Positions 48,742 through 58,607 of a stretch of DNA of 64,000 bases are shown here, piece after piece. Position numbers and translations under genes: made by a program. Source of the DNA: Candidatus Bathyarchaeia archaeon. Its GTDB lineage: Archaea; Thermoproteota; Bathyarchaeia; 40CM-2-53-6. Position 1 is the first letter of the stretch. Every line of letters begins with the position of its first letter. The stretch covers positions 23,071 to 87,070 of the forward strand of contig JBEKVV010000008.1 in the NCBI GenBank assembly GCA_049513715.1, given 5' to 3'. Below the pieces are notes generated by a model. The model saw nothing but the letters and a program-made list of their open reading frames with translations, did not search any database and was not told where the DNA came from.

Positions 48742-48970
48742 ATAGCATCTATTCGCTTCAGTGAAGTGTTCGATATTTTGGTCAAGAATGAAACCCGAAG
48801 AGAACCCCGGAAGGACGAGCACGGACTACCCTTGAGAAGCTACCGTAGTCTGCGTAGTATTGTTGTCCTGTTCCAAGCTTCTGGGTGCGGCGCCAGGCGG
48901 GGCGGTACTGTTCGTAGAATATCGCTACCGTTACAAGCTCAGTTAGACTCTGATTCATTGGGATCTATGG

Positions 48971-49309
48971 TTGGAAATCTGGCAACTTGAGCGAATAAAA
49001 GACAAGGTCGAGGAACTGGAGGGGCGACTGGAAGTCAGAATTTTCGCTCTGGACGGAACGATATACAAGATATGGTACTATCCCCGTGACGACGTAGCCC
49101 TCTACGGCAAGCTAGTATTGGATGAGGAGAAGCGACGCGAGAGGTCCGAGAAAGCATGGCCCAGGACACTGCTGGAAGCAATGAAGCACCGTGACACAAA
49201 AGTGCAGGTACGGATTAGAAACAATGGGAGAACCGAGAAGTGGTTTGGGTCAGAGCCTGATATGTCTCCACTTGACGAAGTATACCGGTATGTCGTCGAG
49301 CTCAGATGA
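48971..49309 (+). CDS. Hypothetical protein
   Basis: Protein-like 112-aa ORF with no recognised motif. Confidence 0.5.
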   Translation: MEIWQLERIKDKVEELEGRLEVRIFALDGTIYKIWYYPRDDVALYGKLVLDEEKRRERSEKAWPRTLLEAMKHRDTKVQVRIRNNGRTEKWFGSEPDMSPLDEVYRYVVELR

Positions 49310-49496
49310 GAATTCCATTCCTGCGGAAGATGGCTGAAGGCTACTCCTTCAGTTCCCATACCTCTCGAGGTTGGATGAGGATTCTGCAAAGATGCTCCCG
49401 ATGGCTGTAGCTGATTTGGGAATGGTGAAGTTCTTATGTACGTAATGCACTAGAGCACTGATGCATTGTGTACAATATAGTTTTCTGGTGTAACCA

Positions 49497-50669
49497 ATGG
49501 GAGAGCTCGATCAGTTCGTAGCGCAGAACCTGCGGAAGATACTGCCCGAACTCAGGCCTAAAGTGGTCTCCCAGAGATTGAACCTAGGCGGGAAGAGAGA
49601 AGTCGATCTCTACGCAAAAGATGAGAATGACCACGAATATTACATCGAGATCAAGTCCAAGGGTTTCAGTAGGATAGACATTGGTCAAGCAGTCGAATAC
49701 AAGGCACTGATTTCGAAAATCTCACCTCGAGCGGATCTAATCCTTGTGTGCAATAGCATTGCCAAAGAGGTCCGAGAAGTGCTCGAAAGAGCAGGTATTC
49801 GGATAGTGAACCTTAGCGAGCTCGGCCTTAGTTTTCCAAGTCATCAGACTCCGCAAGAACGCAGAAAATCCAAAGCGTTGAGTCCTACCGAAGAGCGTGC
49901 GTACTTTGCCTTAGTTCGCGACGCAAGAGGAATTGTGACTACTTCTATGCTGTCTTCTCTACTATCCATCCCGGTCTCCTATGCCAAAAACATCTTGGAC
50001 TCTCTAAACAAAAAGCAGGTCATTTACAGGATAGGAAGAGGCAAGTATGTTCTCATAGCGCCAGAGGTTTTGTATGGTAGGAAAAGCTACGTCGCAGACC
50101 CAATCACGATTGTCAGCGAGCTCTTTTCCAGCGACTATTATGTTGCTTATCGAAGTGCGGCTTACCTTCAAGGGCTTGCGCGGCAGGCACCTTTCGTCAC
50201 AACAATTGCGATTCCAAACCGCAAGAGGCCTGTCGATATTGGAAGCGGGAAGCTTCAATTCGTTACCGTAAAGAGAGATCGCTTCTTATGGGGTGTTGAA
50301 CAGATGAAGTACGGGAATGTGTCAATCAGTATCTCTGGCTTGCACCGTACAATTCTTGATTGTCTGGAGAGACCTGACCTATGTGGCGGGATCGTCGAAG
50401 TCGTTCAAGTAATCTCTGCTGCTGTAGACCACCCCAAGTTCGATCAGATAATGCTCGCAAAGCAGGCAAGGATGTTTGGGAACAAAGCCGTTGTTCAAAG
50501 GCTCGGGTTTATTCTCCAAAGAACACGAAAGAGAAGGATCGCAAAGTCATTGCCACTGTTGGGGAAAATCAAGAGTGATTTCACATACCCACTTGATCCG
50601 CATCTAGGTAAGAAAGGCAGACTCTCGGAAAAGTGGCAGATTCTTGACAACGTCGGCTTGAGAGGCTAG
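49497..50669 (+). CDS. abiEi: Type IV TA antitoxin AbiEi with an N-terminal PD-(D/E)xK nuclease-like domain
   Basis: EVDLYAKD...YIEIK...IGQAVEYK; then wHTH RIGRGKY, YVAYRSAAYLQG, RTILDCLERPDLCGG, QRLGFIL. Confidence 0.85.
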   Translation: MGELDQFVAQNLRKILPELRPKVVSQRLNLGGKREVDLYAKDENDHEYYIEIKSKGFSRIDIGQAVEYKALISKISPRADLILVCNSIAKEVREVLERAGIRIVNLSELGLSFPSHQTPQERRKSKALSPTEERAYFALVRDARGIVTTSMLSSLLSIPVSYAKNILDSLNKKQVIYRIGRGKYVLIAPEVLYGRKSYVADPITIVSELFSSDYYVAYRSAAYLQGLARQAPFVTTIAIPNRKRPVDIGSGKLQFVTVKRDRFLWGVEQMKYGNVSISISGLHRTILDCLERPDLCGGIVEVVQVISAAVDHPKFDQIMLAKQARMFGNKAVVQRLGFILQRTRKRRIAKSLPLLGKIKSDFTYPLDPHLGKKGRLSEKWQILDNVGLRG

Positions 50670-50672
50670 GGC

Positions 50673-51647
50673 ATGCAATTCGCGGAAAAAGAGATTCGAG
50701 AATGGGCGGACAAAATCGAACTTGCAGACCTTACGCTCGCTGAACTTGATTACAGATTGCTATCGACGCTTGAATCAATTTACTCAAGCAATGGACATCT
50801 GACAGGACTTGCTATGAAAGGCGGCACTGCGATAAACAAGCTGTACCTCGGGGGAACCTCCCGTCTTTCTGTCGATGTCGATTTCAACCACGTAGGCGAT
50901 AGAGACAAGGTTCTTTCAGGGCGATCCACGCTAAGGGAAGCTCTAACCAGAACTCTCAGGGTGCTGGACAGCAATTACAAACTATCCTTCAAACGAAATT
51001 GGAATCAAACTACCATCAGAGCGGAATATTCCAGTTTAACTGGCGCGAATCAACAATTGAAACTTGAGATATCTCATGTCGAAAGAATTCCGATTTTCGA
51101 TTTGGTGGCTCGTGACGCAAGCAGCCCAACGAAGAGCTTTAAGGTATTAACGTATTCGCTTGAAGAACTCCTTGCTACGAAGCTGCGAGCTCTATTTGAG
51201 AGGTTCAGCGGTAGGGATATCTACGATATCTACTTCACCGCCAAGCTAAGTCCGGACAAGAACATTATCAAAAAGATGTTCTTGTACTATTTCTTCCGCT
51301 CGAGGAAGATTTACAATCCTAAGACACACTTCAAGAATCTACAAGAAAGACTCGAGCATGGTAAGTACAGAGATGACGTTACAGGATTTATCCGACCTAG
51401 TATATCGTTTTCTCTGGAGGACGCCGCCGCATTTGTTGTGCGTGAGTATTCATTACTTACCGAACTTGACGACGATGATGAGAGGTTTCTGGTGATCGCC
51501 AGGACTATCCTGAAAAAGGGTAGCATATCTAAACAGGCGCAGAGGGAGACTCGTGGAATACGCTATCCACTAGCAAAATTGTTTCGCAATTACAGGATAA
51601 CCGCGGGCGCTGTCTCCGCGTCCCGCAAGGACATCACTCCATACTAA
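50673..51647 (+). CDS. abiEii: AbiEii/AbiGii nucleotidyltransferase toxin
   Basis: MKGGTAINKLY, RLSVDVDF, ELLATKLRAL, RDIYD. Confidence 0.92.
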   Translation: MQFAEKEIREWADKIELADLTLAELDYRLLSTLESIYSSNGHLTGLAMKGGTAINKLYLGGTSRLSVDVDFNHVGDRDKVLSGRSTLREALTRTLRVLDSNYKLSFKRNWNQTTIRAEYSSLTGANQQLKLEISHVERIPIFDLVARDASSPTKSFKVLTYSLEELLATKLRALFERFSGRDIYDIYFTAKLSPDKNIIKKMFLYYFFRSRKIYNPKTHFKNLQERLEHGKYRDDVTGFIRPSISFSLEDAAAFVVREYSLLTELDDDDERFLVIARTILKKGSISKQAQRETRGIRYPLAKLFRNYRITAGAVSASRKDITPY

Positions 51648-51945
51648 TAGTAACTTCATGGACTAGAGTTATGTGTGACAGACTCCCGAGACGGCTAACT
51701 GGTGGCTCTGCTGAATCGATCGGTACAAAAGGGCACAGCGCTGAACTTTCAGTTAAGTGCTCTCTCCCGGTGCTCTCAGTCCCACCCCCTGCTCTAAACC
51801 TTGAAATCGTACGAGAAATGGAAGAACTTTGCCAGTGAGGCTGATCTGTGTTTTGTTAGGGGCTGCCGTGCGGCCGGTGTAGTTCGTAGTTGATTGTGAC
51901 CGGGTGGCCGCGTTTGTGCCTTATGTCGAACTTGTAGGTTGCTCC

Positions 51946-52540
51946 GTGACGTCCTCCCACGCCTAAAGGCTGTGGGCTTCTCGCTTCAATGCCGCTGCTT
52001 GCCTATGCCTTAGCGTCCGCATGGGTAGAGGTTTTGGCTCTGCGGGTGACAACCCTCCGTCCGAGGGCGAGCAACTTAAGATGCCAAGCTTTCTGATCAG
52101 CAATGCTGAATTCAAATCTCTGGGTAGGTGGGTTTCACAGTTTGGGCACCGATGTTCTCGTTCAGTTAGGCTTTTCGGAACCCAGGTTAGGCATTGGTGG
52201 CAGAATTGACTGGTGCCATATGGGTCAATGAACAATACATGTTTGCCGAGCATGTCCGCTTTGCGCATGCACTTCAACGCGAATCTGCTCCACGACGAGT
52301 CCATGATTGCTTTCGCTAGTTGATGGTTTCTGAGCATGCCTGCAACATTCAACTTCTCCAAGACCAACACGTCGGCTTCTTTGAAAATAGCGTTAACCAG
52401 TTTGTTCTGCCAGTCCTCACGTTGACGAGCAACATGCATGTGAAGCCTCGCCAGCTGTAATGCCAATGCCCGTCGTCGCTTCGAACCTTTACGTTTCCTT
52501 GCCAGTTGTATTTGCAGATGCTTAATTTTCATCTCGGCGG
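51946..52540 (-). mobile_element. tnpB: IS200/IS605 relic: 5'-truncated tnpB plus right end
   Basis: RKRKGSKRR, VLEKLNV, TSQFCHQC, CPNC, RDLNSA; right-end hairpin...TCAC. Confidence 0.88.
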
Positions 52541-52708
52541 CGTTTGCTGCGGACCAAGATTGGCGGCGCCTGCCGAACAGGCTTTTCTGGCTCAATCAAT
52601 GCTAACGCTTCTTTCAAACTGGAACCGTCGGCGAGGAGCTTCGCCAGCCGCTCCGCATACCCCTTGATCTTTTCACTCACCTCAGGCCTGACCGAAGAAG
52701 ATTGGTTA

Positions 52709-53095
52709 TTACTTTCCAGAATAGCGAGCGTCCTCTGGCTCGTCTCTTTTTTTTACAGCCAATCGTCGGAACTTGAACTGCCTCCTAGACCGGACTATCA
52801 TACGCATAACTCCTACAGGGTCGGAAACGAGGTAGCGAACGTTCATCTTGTCCAGAGCCTGCTGAATCGTCTTGGGCGTCACGACGTTACCAACTGGAAC
52901 TAGAACAAAACCGCCCCCCGACTCTGCTGGAACAATGACGAAGTCTCCCTCCAAAACTGGAAAGTCAGCCTTCCTCTTCATGCCTTGATGGAGCCGAATA
53001 TCAAGCGCTCCGCCTTGCTGCACAACAGTAGCAAAGATCGCATTGCTCGTGTCAACTTGAATCACAACATCCTTCTTTTGCACCTTTTCCGCCAA
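52709..53095 (-). CDS. Hypothetical mobile-element protein
   Basis: 128-aa ORF divergent from the GP88 operon. Confidence 0.55.
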   Translation of the reverse strand: MAEKVQKKDVVIQVDTSNAIFATVVQQGGALDIRLHQGMKRKADFPVLEGDFVIVPAESGGGFVLVPVGNVVTPKTIQQALDKMNVRYLVSDPVGVMRMIVRSRRQFKFRRLAVKKRDEPEDARYSGK

Positions 53096-53208
53096 CTGTA
53101 AGCCAACCCAACCAAAACTACTGCTATCTCTAGGCTACTTGTGCATTTTGTTCACAAAATATCCCAAACCGGAGTTGCCGCGCCCGACAGAGGTTCGCTC
53201 GATGAAAA

Positions 53209-54000
53209 ATGTCGAACAATGGAAAACAGAACGTTGTTGGACCAGCAGGCAGTAGGATATTCGCAACGCTACCGCTTGCCAGCAAGATACCTCTGTCTCT
53301 CGGAAATGACAAGATAAGCAGCAATGTAGCAATCTTCGACCTGCCCGCATGGTGGACATGCCCCGGAAAGGGCGTATGCGCAAAGTACTGCACATCCTTC
53401 AAGCCGCAGATCGGTAAATGGAACGGTGTCCCACAGGCTCGATGGCGGAACTTCTGGGCAAGCCTCACAAACAACTTCGTCGACGAAATGGTCGCAAAAA
53501 TTCAAGAGAGCGGTGTCCGGTGGGTACGCTTCCACGTCAGCGGCGACCTCTACAACCAAACATACATCCAAAAGATAGCAGAAATAGCACGCCGCTCCCC
53601 TCAAGCCAGCTTCTATTTGTACACGAAGTCGCTACACTTCGACCTCACGTCACTAATCAACCTGCCCAACTTCACCGTGATAAAATCGTTCGGAGGGCGC
53701 TTTGACCACCTCATTGATGTCAATAAGGACAACTACTCCCGAGTTATACGAGACCCGAAGGAACAGCAGAAAGGCGAATTCCTCTGTCCAGAAGGAATCG
53801 CCCCCCTCAGCGGCAGATCAGATGAAAAGTTCTGCGGCTACAGTTGCACCTACTGCCTCTCTGACAAGAAAACCGAAAAAACAGAGCCTCATCAAATCAA
53901 AGTAGTCTTTCACCTGAAAAAGAACGGATGGAACGGTAACAAGCTCCCGCCACCACCCAAACCCCCAGCGCCACTACCGGCAGGAGCACAGAACCGATGA
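53209..54000 (+). CDS. GP88-family radical-SAM-like Fe-S protein
   Basis: FDLPAWWTCPGKGVCAKYC, VRFHVSGDLY, YLYTKS, C-terminal CP...CGYSCTYC. Confidence 0.75.
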   Translation: MSNNGKQNVVGPAGSRIFATLPLASKIPLSLGNDKISSNVAIFDLPAWWTCPGKGVCAKYCTSFKPQIGKWNGVPQARWRNFWASLTNNFVDEMVAKIQESGVRWVRFHVSGDLYNQTYIQKIAEIARRSPQASFYLYTKSLHFDLTSLINLPNFTVIKSFGGRFDHLIDVNKDNYSRVIRDPKEQQKGEFLCPEGIAPLSGRSDEKFCGYSCTYCLSDKKTEKTEPHQIKVVFHLKKNGWNGNKLPPPPKPPAPLPAGAQNR

Positions 54001-55025
54001 CCACGGCTCCCGCCGCGGCGACCCTGCAGCAGGGGACACACCACGTGCTCATGATTGGAGACTGCTGCATTAGGATGTGTGAAATTCCCGATACCAGTAT
54101 TCATTTTGCGTGCTTCTCTCCACCCTACTACAATGCGCCTTTCGATTCCCCGAACATGTTCGAGAACTACACCGCCTTCAAACATCTCCTATCCATAGTC
54201 GGGGACGAGTTGAAGCGTGTGCTAGTGCCGGGCCGAAAATGCGCCTGGGTGGTCGATGACGTTCGCGTCAATGGGGAACTCTACCCAATCGTCGCCGACA
54301 CAATCAGAATAATGTGCGACAAGGGCTTCAGGTATTGCGAAAACATCACGTGGTTGAAAGCAGAAGGATACTCACGGTTCAGCCACAGAAGCGGACACAT
54401 GAAAAAGCAAGGTCTCCCAACCTACTACTTCCCCGACAACGTCAAGGAGAGCATACTCATCTTCCAGAAAGGAAAACTGAACAATGGCACCTACGTCAAG
54501 GCACTCAGCCCGGCGGTTGTCAAAGCCTCCAGAATCGACCTCAACAAGTTCGACAAAGAATCATGGAACCTGAATGTGTGGTTCATACCAAACGTTCCAC
54601 CAGTAAAGGGCAGATTAGAGGAAGGCATCGCAGCATACCCAGAAGAGATTCCAAAACGTCTAATTCGCTTGTACAGCTTCGTCGGCGAAACAATCCTCGA
54701 CCCATTCTGCGGCTCAGGCACATCAATGAAAGTCGCAAGACAGCTTGGAAGGAATAGTATAGGGATCGAAATCCTGCCCGAACTGGAGGTGGTCATCAGG
54801 CAGAAGGCAGCCTTCCAGCATTGGCGCGAAAGACAATCAGACACTTTTGAAGTCATATCACCCATGCACAGTCCTTACCGCGTAAGCCTGCCTTTGGATA
54901 AGACGCATGTGATCGCGCAACGGCTGGGGCAAAGAGCGATCGGAATCGAACTGAATCCGAAGTACTGCGAAATGTTCAGACAACGCTGCGCCTCAGCAGC
55001 CAAACCCAGTAGGAGGCGAGTTTGA
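53997..55025 (+). CDS. DNA N4-C/N6-A methyltransferase (beta class)
   Basis: FSPPY precedes AAYPEEIPKRLI and ILDPFCGSGT; ATGA overlap with GP88. Confidence 0.92.
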   Translation: MTTAPAAATLQQGTHHVLMIGDCCIRMCEIPDTSIHFACFSPPYYNAPFDSPNMFENYTAFKHLLSIVGDELKRVLVPGRKCAWVVDDVRVNGELYPIVADTIRIMCDKGFRYCENITWLKAEGYSRFSHRSGHMKKQGLPTYYFPDNVKESILIFQKGKLNNGTYVKALSPAVVKASRIDLNKFDKESWNLNVWFIPNVPPVKGRLEEGIAAYPEEIPKRLIRLYSFVGETILDPFCGSGTSMKVARQLGRNSIGIEILPELEVVIRQKAAFQHWRERQSDTFEVISPMHSPYRVSLPLDKTHVIAQRLGQRAIGIELNPKYCEMFRQRCASAAKPSRRRV

Positions 55026-56584
55026 TGGTCAAAAAGGTCAGGCACAACGGGATTTACGTCGCGACCGCAGAAAATGGAAAGAGAAAATCTCCAATTCTCC
55101 CTTTTAATGCGCTTTCGCGCAGGGTTCCTATGATGCAGAATATAGGGGAAACATCTGGGGGTCCATCCAATCCCCAACCTGACACATCTAATCCACCCAA
55201 GGTTTCATGCAGAATAACCGCTGCCGGATACTACTATCGGCAAGGCGAAACAGAACTCGGACCCTTCACCCTTCAGGACCATTACGATCCGAAATTCGAA
55301 GAGACCGTTGGGACCAAGTTAAATCTGGAACCAGAGCACGTGTCTGATGCCTATTGGCGCACAGTCGAGCGACCGATAACGTTTAGTGAAATCAATGAGG
55401 CACTCGGTTCCACGATCCGTCATGATGTTTCAACGAAGCTCATACTCTTCTGCGGCTGTCTTCTAACATTCACTGATGAGGACCAAGTCAACATTCTGAT
55501 GGCAGGAGAATCAAGTGGCGGAAAGACGTACAACGCACTCGAAGTCGTCGCATATTTCAGAGACTTGCCCAAAGACTTGGTCTTAAGAATCGCAACTGCC
55601 TCGCCGACCGCCTTCTTTCACGATCACGGTAAATGGGACAAAGAGGCGCAGGTCCTAAGAATTGACCTGAGGCAGAAGATTCTCGTTTTCCTCGACCAAC
55701 CACACTACTCGCTGCTGGAGAGACTTCGCCCTCTCATGAGCCACGACCAAAAGGAATTGCTCTACAAGATCACCGACAAGTCGACGAAGGGGCCTATGAG
55801 AACGAAGAACGTCATCTTGGAAGGCTATCCAACAGTGATACTCTGCGCTGCCAAGTTATCTCTCGATGAACAAGAGAAAACACGAGTTTTCATCCTCTCA
55901 CCTGAAACCAGTGTCGAAAAACTTCAGGAAAGTCTGCAGCTTGCCGTCAAGAGGGTTGGCGACAGACAGGCATTCAGGGAATGGATCAACTCTCATCCAC
56001 TTAGGAAATGGCTCCGAGACAGAATCGAAGCCATCCAGACCGCGAACGTTAAACAAGTCATAATCGAGGATCAGGAACAAGTCTACCAGCGGTTCGTCAA
56101 TGCACATAAGCGTCTGGCACCTCGACATCAAAGGGACTTGCCCAGAATCCTCAGCCTCATCAAGGCTCATGCTCTACTGAACCTTTGGTGGCGAGACCGA
56201 CGCGGTGACGGAACAATTGTCGCAAATCAGGAAGATGTAAACGCTGGCTTCGAACTGTACAACCAAATAGCCAAACCCAACGAGCTGGGTCTTTCTCCTC
56301 AGATCTACGAGGTCTACGAAACCATCATCAAACCGCTGCTGGATAATGAGCCTGTTGTTGACAGGAGGAGAGTTCTGAGCAGGTATTTCGAGCATTATGG
56401 GCGCCACTTGGCGGATGAGACGCTTCGTCGTGAGATTGTGCCGGCGTTGATTGATTGCGGGTTGGTGGTCGAGCAGCCCGATCCCAGCGACAGACGGAGA
56501 AAGCTCCTGTACCCCCCAGATGCTCCCCCTATTCCCGAGAACGGTACCAACGTCGTGGAGGACATTGTGACCAAGGGCGAGTGA
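55022..56584 (+). CDS. AAA+ (MCM-like) replication ATPase/helicase with a C-terminal wHTH
   Basis: Walker A GESSGGKT, Walker B ILVFLDQ, EKTR, PRHQRD; start possibly ATG 55130. Confidence 0.7.
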   Translation: MMVKKVRHNGIYVATAENGKRKSPILPFNALSRRVPMMQNIGETSGGPSNPQPDTSNPPKVSCRITAAGYYYRQGETELGPFTLQDHYDPKFEETVGTKLNLEPEHVSDAYWRTVERPITFSEINEALGSTIRHDVSTKLILFCGCLLTFTDEDQVNILMAGESSGGKTYNALEVVAYFRDLPKDLVLRIATASPTAFFHDHGKWDKEAQVLRIDLRQKILVFLDQPHYSLLERLRPLMSHDQKELLYKITDKSTKGPMRTKNVILEGYPTVILCAAKLSLDEQEKTRVFILSPETSVEKLQESLQLAVKRVGDRQAFREWINSHPLRKWLRDRIEAIQTANVKQVIIEDQEQVYQRFVNAHKRLAPRHQRDLPRILSLIKAHALLNLWWRDRRGDGTIVANQEDVNAGFELYNQIAKPNELGLSPQIYEVYETIIKPLLDNEPVVDRRRVLSRYFEHYGRHLADETLRREIVPALIDCGLVVEQPDPSDRRRKLLYPPDAPPIPENGTNVVEDIVTKGE

Positions 56585-56661
56585 ACAAAAATGCCAGAGA
56601 CAAGCAGCAAAAATCCTGGTCTCTTGCAGTTGGATGAGAAGAGCGGGCGAAAACTTCGAAA

Positions 56662-57072
56662 GTGAAGGATTTGGCTGAGTACGGAACCGTCTGCCAACTC
56701 TGCGGTGGGAAAGAACACCTTCGCGATTTAGATGAAGAACTGCCGGAATGGTGGAAGCAATTCAGAATGGTGAAGGTGACAGGTCGTAAGGAAATTCCAG
56801 TTATGAAGATACTAGGCAGCGTGGGAAATGGGCGCAACTACGATCCTGACTGGACGCCCTTTGTTGAAGAGCAACGCGACTTGGAAGTTCTCAAATCCAT
56901 CAAGAATCACGGTTTCGATCCGGAAGAAAGCAGAGCATCACCTATCACTCTTCTTAGATATCGTGGCGAGTATTTTGTGGAAGGCGATGGACATCGTCGA
57001 GTAAGCGTCGCCCGGAGATTAGGTCTAGCAACTATAGAGGCTGAGGTGTATCAACTCCGGCCAGATGCCTAG
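56662..57072 (+). CDS. ParB/Srx-like domain protein
   Basis: IPVMKILGSVG, PITL...YFVEGDGHRRVSVARRLG...IEAEV. Confidence 0.85.
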   Translation: MKDLAEYGTVCQLCGGKEHLRDLDEELPEWWKQFRMVKVTGRKEIPVMKILGSVGNGRNYDPDWTPFVEEQRDLEVLKSIKNHGFDPEESRASPITLLRYRGEYFVEGDGHRRVSVARRLGLATIEAEVYQLRPDA

Positions 57073-57246
57073 TGGAGATCAAACATAGCGCCCTCACCAG
57101 CAAACAACCATTCCACAGGTGGTAAACGCTCTGTAGGTAAACACTGCTCCGCGATGGAACCCCCCTTTGCAATGGTAAATTGCAATGAAGCCTCCGATCT
57201 TTTGCCAGCTACGTGTTGGTTCAAGATGATGCGAGACGAACAATAC

Positions 57247-57429
57247 TTCACGCGACATGCGCGTAGAGTTCGAGAATTCACGCGACATACGCGTCCATCT
57301 TCTCACCATAAGGTCGTTTTTGCCGAGGTTTCACGTGACATGCGCGCAGAATTTCATAGAATCAACCTAATCTAGACCTGTTTTACGTGACATGCGCGTG
57401 GAATCTGAAAGTTCACGTGACATGCGCGT
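57247..57429. repeat. Five 18-bp repeats TTCACGYGACATGCGCGT (iteron- or parS-like)
   Basis: Copies start at 57247, 57277, 57330, 57382 and 57412. Confidence 0.9.
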
Positions 57430-58262
57430 AATAGTTATCATAACAACCCAATAACTATCGTCATGGGTCCATTATGGCCACGGATTTACAAAGCGGATAT
57501 TCATCGCTTTCTCCCAAATTGCTCCAAGCAAGGTCAATTCAGTAGTGTTGGGCTGCTAGCAAAAAAACGCCAGCAGCACCGGTTCTTTTGTTCAGAGTTG
57601 ACTAGTTCTGTATGCGGCGCCATTTCTTTCTGTCAGCACTACAGTTCTACTGTACTAATGCTAGCAAATCCTTCTCGCTTGGCGAAGCCATGAATATTGA
57701 AAGACTTCCAAATAGTTGGATGATTGAGCGCTGAAGCTTCTGTGACGCGCGCATTTTCGGTCGCATTCGAATCGACCTCCCTTCGCATTTCTGAATCGTT
57801 TAGAATTTCTTACGTCCGCGGTGAAGAGGACTTGTTCCACCGAGGACCGTTCATCGGCGTCTGGGATGGTCACACTCCGGCATAATTTGCCACCGTCAGA
57901 CGGTGCTCCCATGGCACAGTCCCCATATTGCTGCCTCGGGCTGCCGGTAACCTTCCTTGACAGCATGAAAGTATTACTTAATGGAGAAAATAGGTGATGC
58001 GTTACTATTGCATGATATCGTTGGTGTCATGCATCGAACTAAACGAAGCGGCGATCCTCGAATACTCAGCAAGCGCCTCACTAGCGTCAATGGATACCTG
58101 AGACGGAGCCCGCTGCTTTAGGCCACTTCAAGATGTCTATCAGCAGCTACTGCTCGCCACCTTAGAATACAACGGAGAATACTACGATTGCACACAATCT
58201 CCCATCGTGAAGAGGACGTTTAGAGCTCTTCGTTCTACTTCATAGGTTGAGGGGATAAGAAA

Positions 58263-58607
58263 TCATGTAATTATGCCGAGTAGCTCGGATAAGCTTGGGT
58301 TATTTCGCCTTTCGAGTCTACCCCTCTCTTCCATCACTGCCTGTGCCTTCTCTATGTGTTCGCGGTTGAGTTCCTTGCCCTTTCGTCGAGTATCCTCAAT
58401 CTGAGGCGTTGGGTAGACAGCTCGGTTCTCCTGCGTTGCTCGGTGCTGTAGCCACTTCGCCCGATCCTCCGCGCCCTTAGGGGCGTTCTCTGCAGCGTAG
58501 AGTTGATGCTGGCGTTCTCTGCGCAAGGCTTCCAGCTGCTTTCGCAAGTCGTCCAGGAGCGCGTGTAAGATTTCTTTGCCGACCATTACTCCCAGCCGAT
58601 CCAACAA
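58263..58607 (-). CDS. Hypothetical coiled-coil protein
   Basis: Helical charged ORF overlapping the upstream gene. Confidence 0.55.
   Translation of the reverse strand: MLDRLGVMVGKEILHALLDDLRKQLEALRRERQHQLYAAENAPKGAEDRAKWLQHRATQENRAVYPTPQIEDTRRKGKELNREHIEKAQAVMEERGRLERRNNPSLSELLGIIT

Noticed and set aside
57247-57429. Mini CRISPR array
   Set aside because: Repeats are only 18 bp, spacers are 12, 35, 34 and 12 bp, and no cas genes are present; an iteron or parS site fits better.
57661-58250. Short ORFs right of the repeat cluster
   Set aside because: Interrupted by stops and lacking recognisable homology; cannot be supported.
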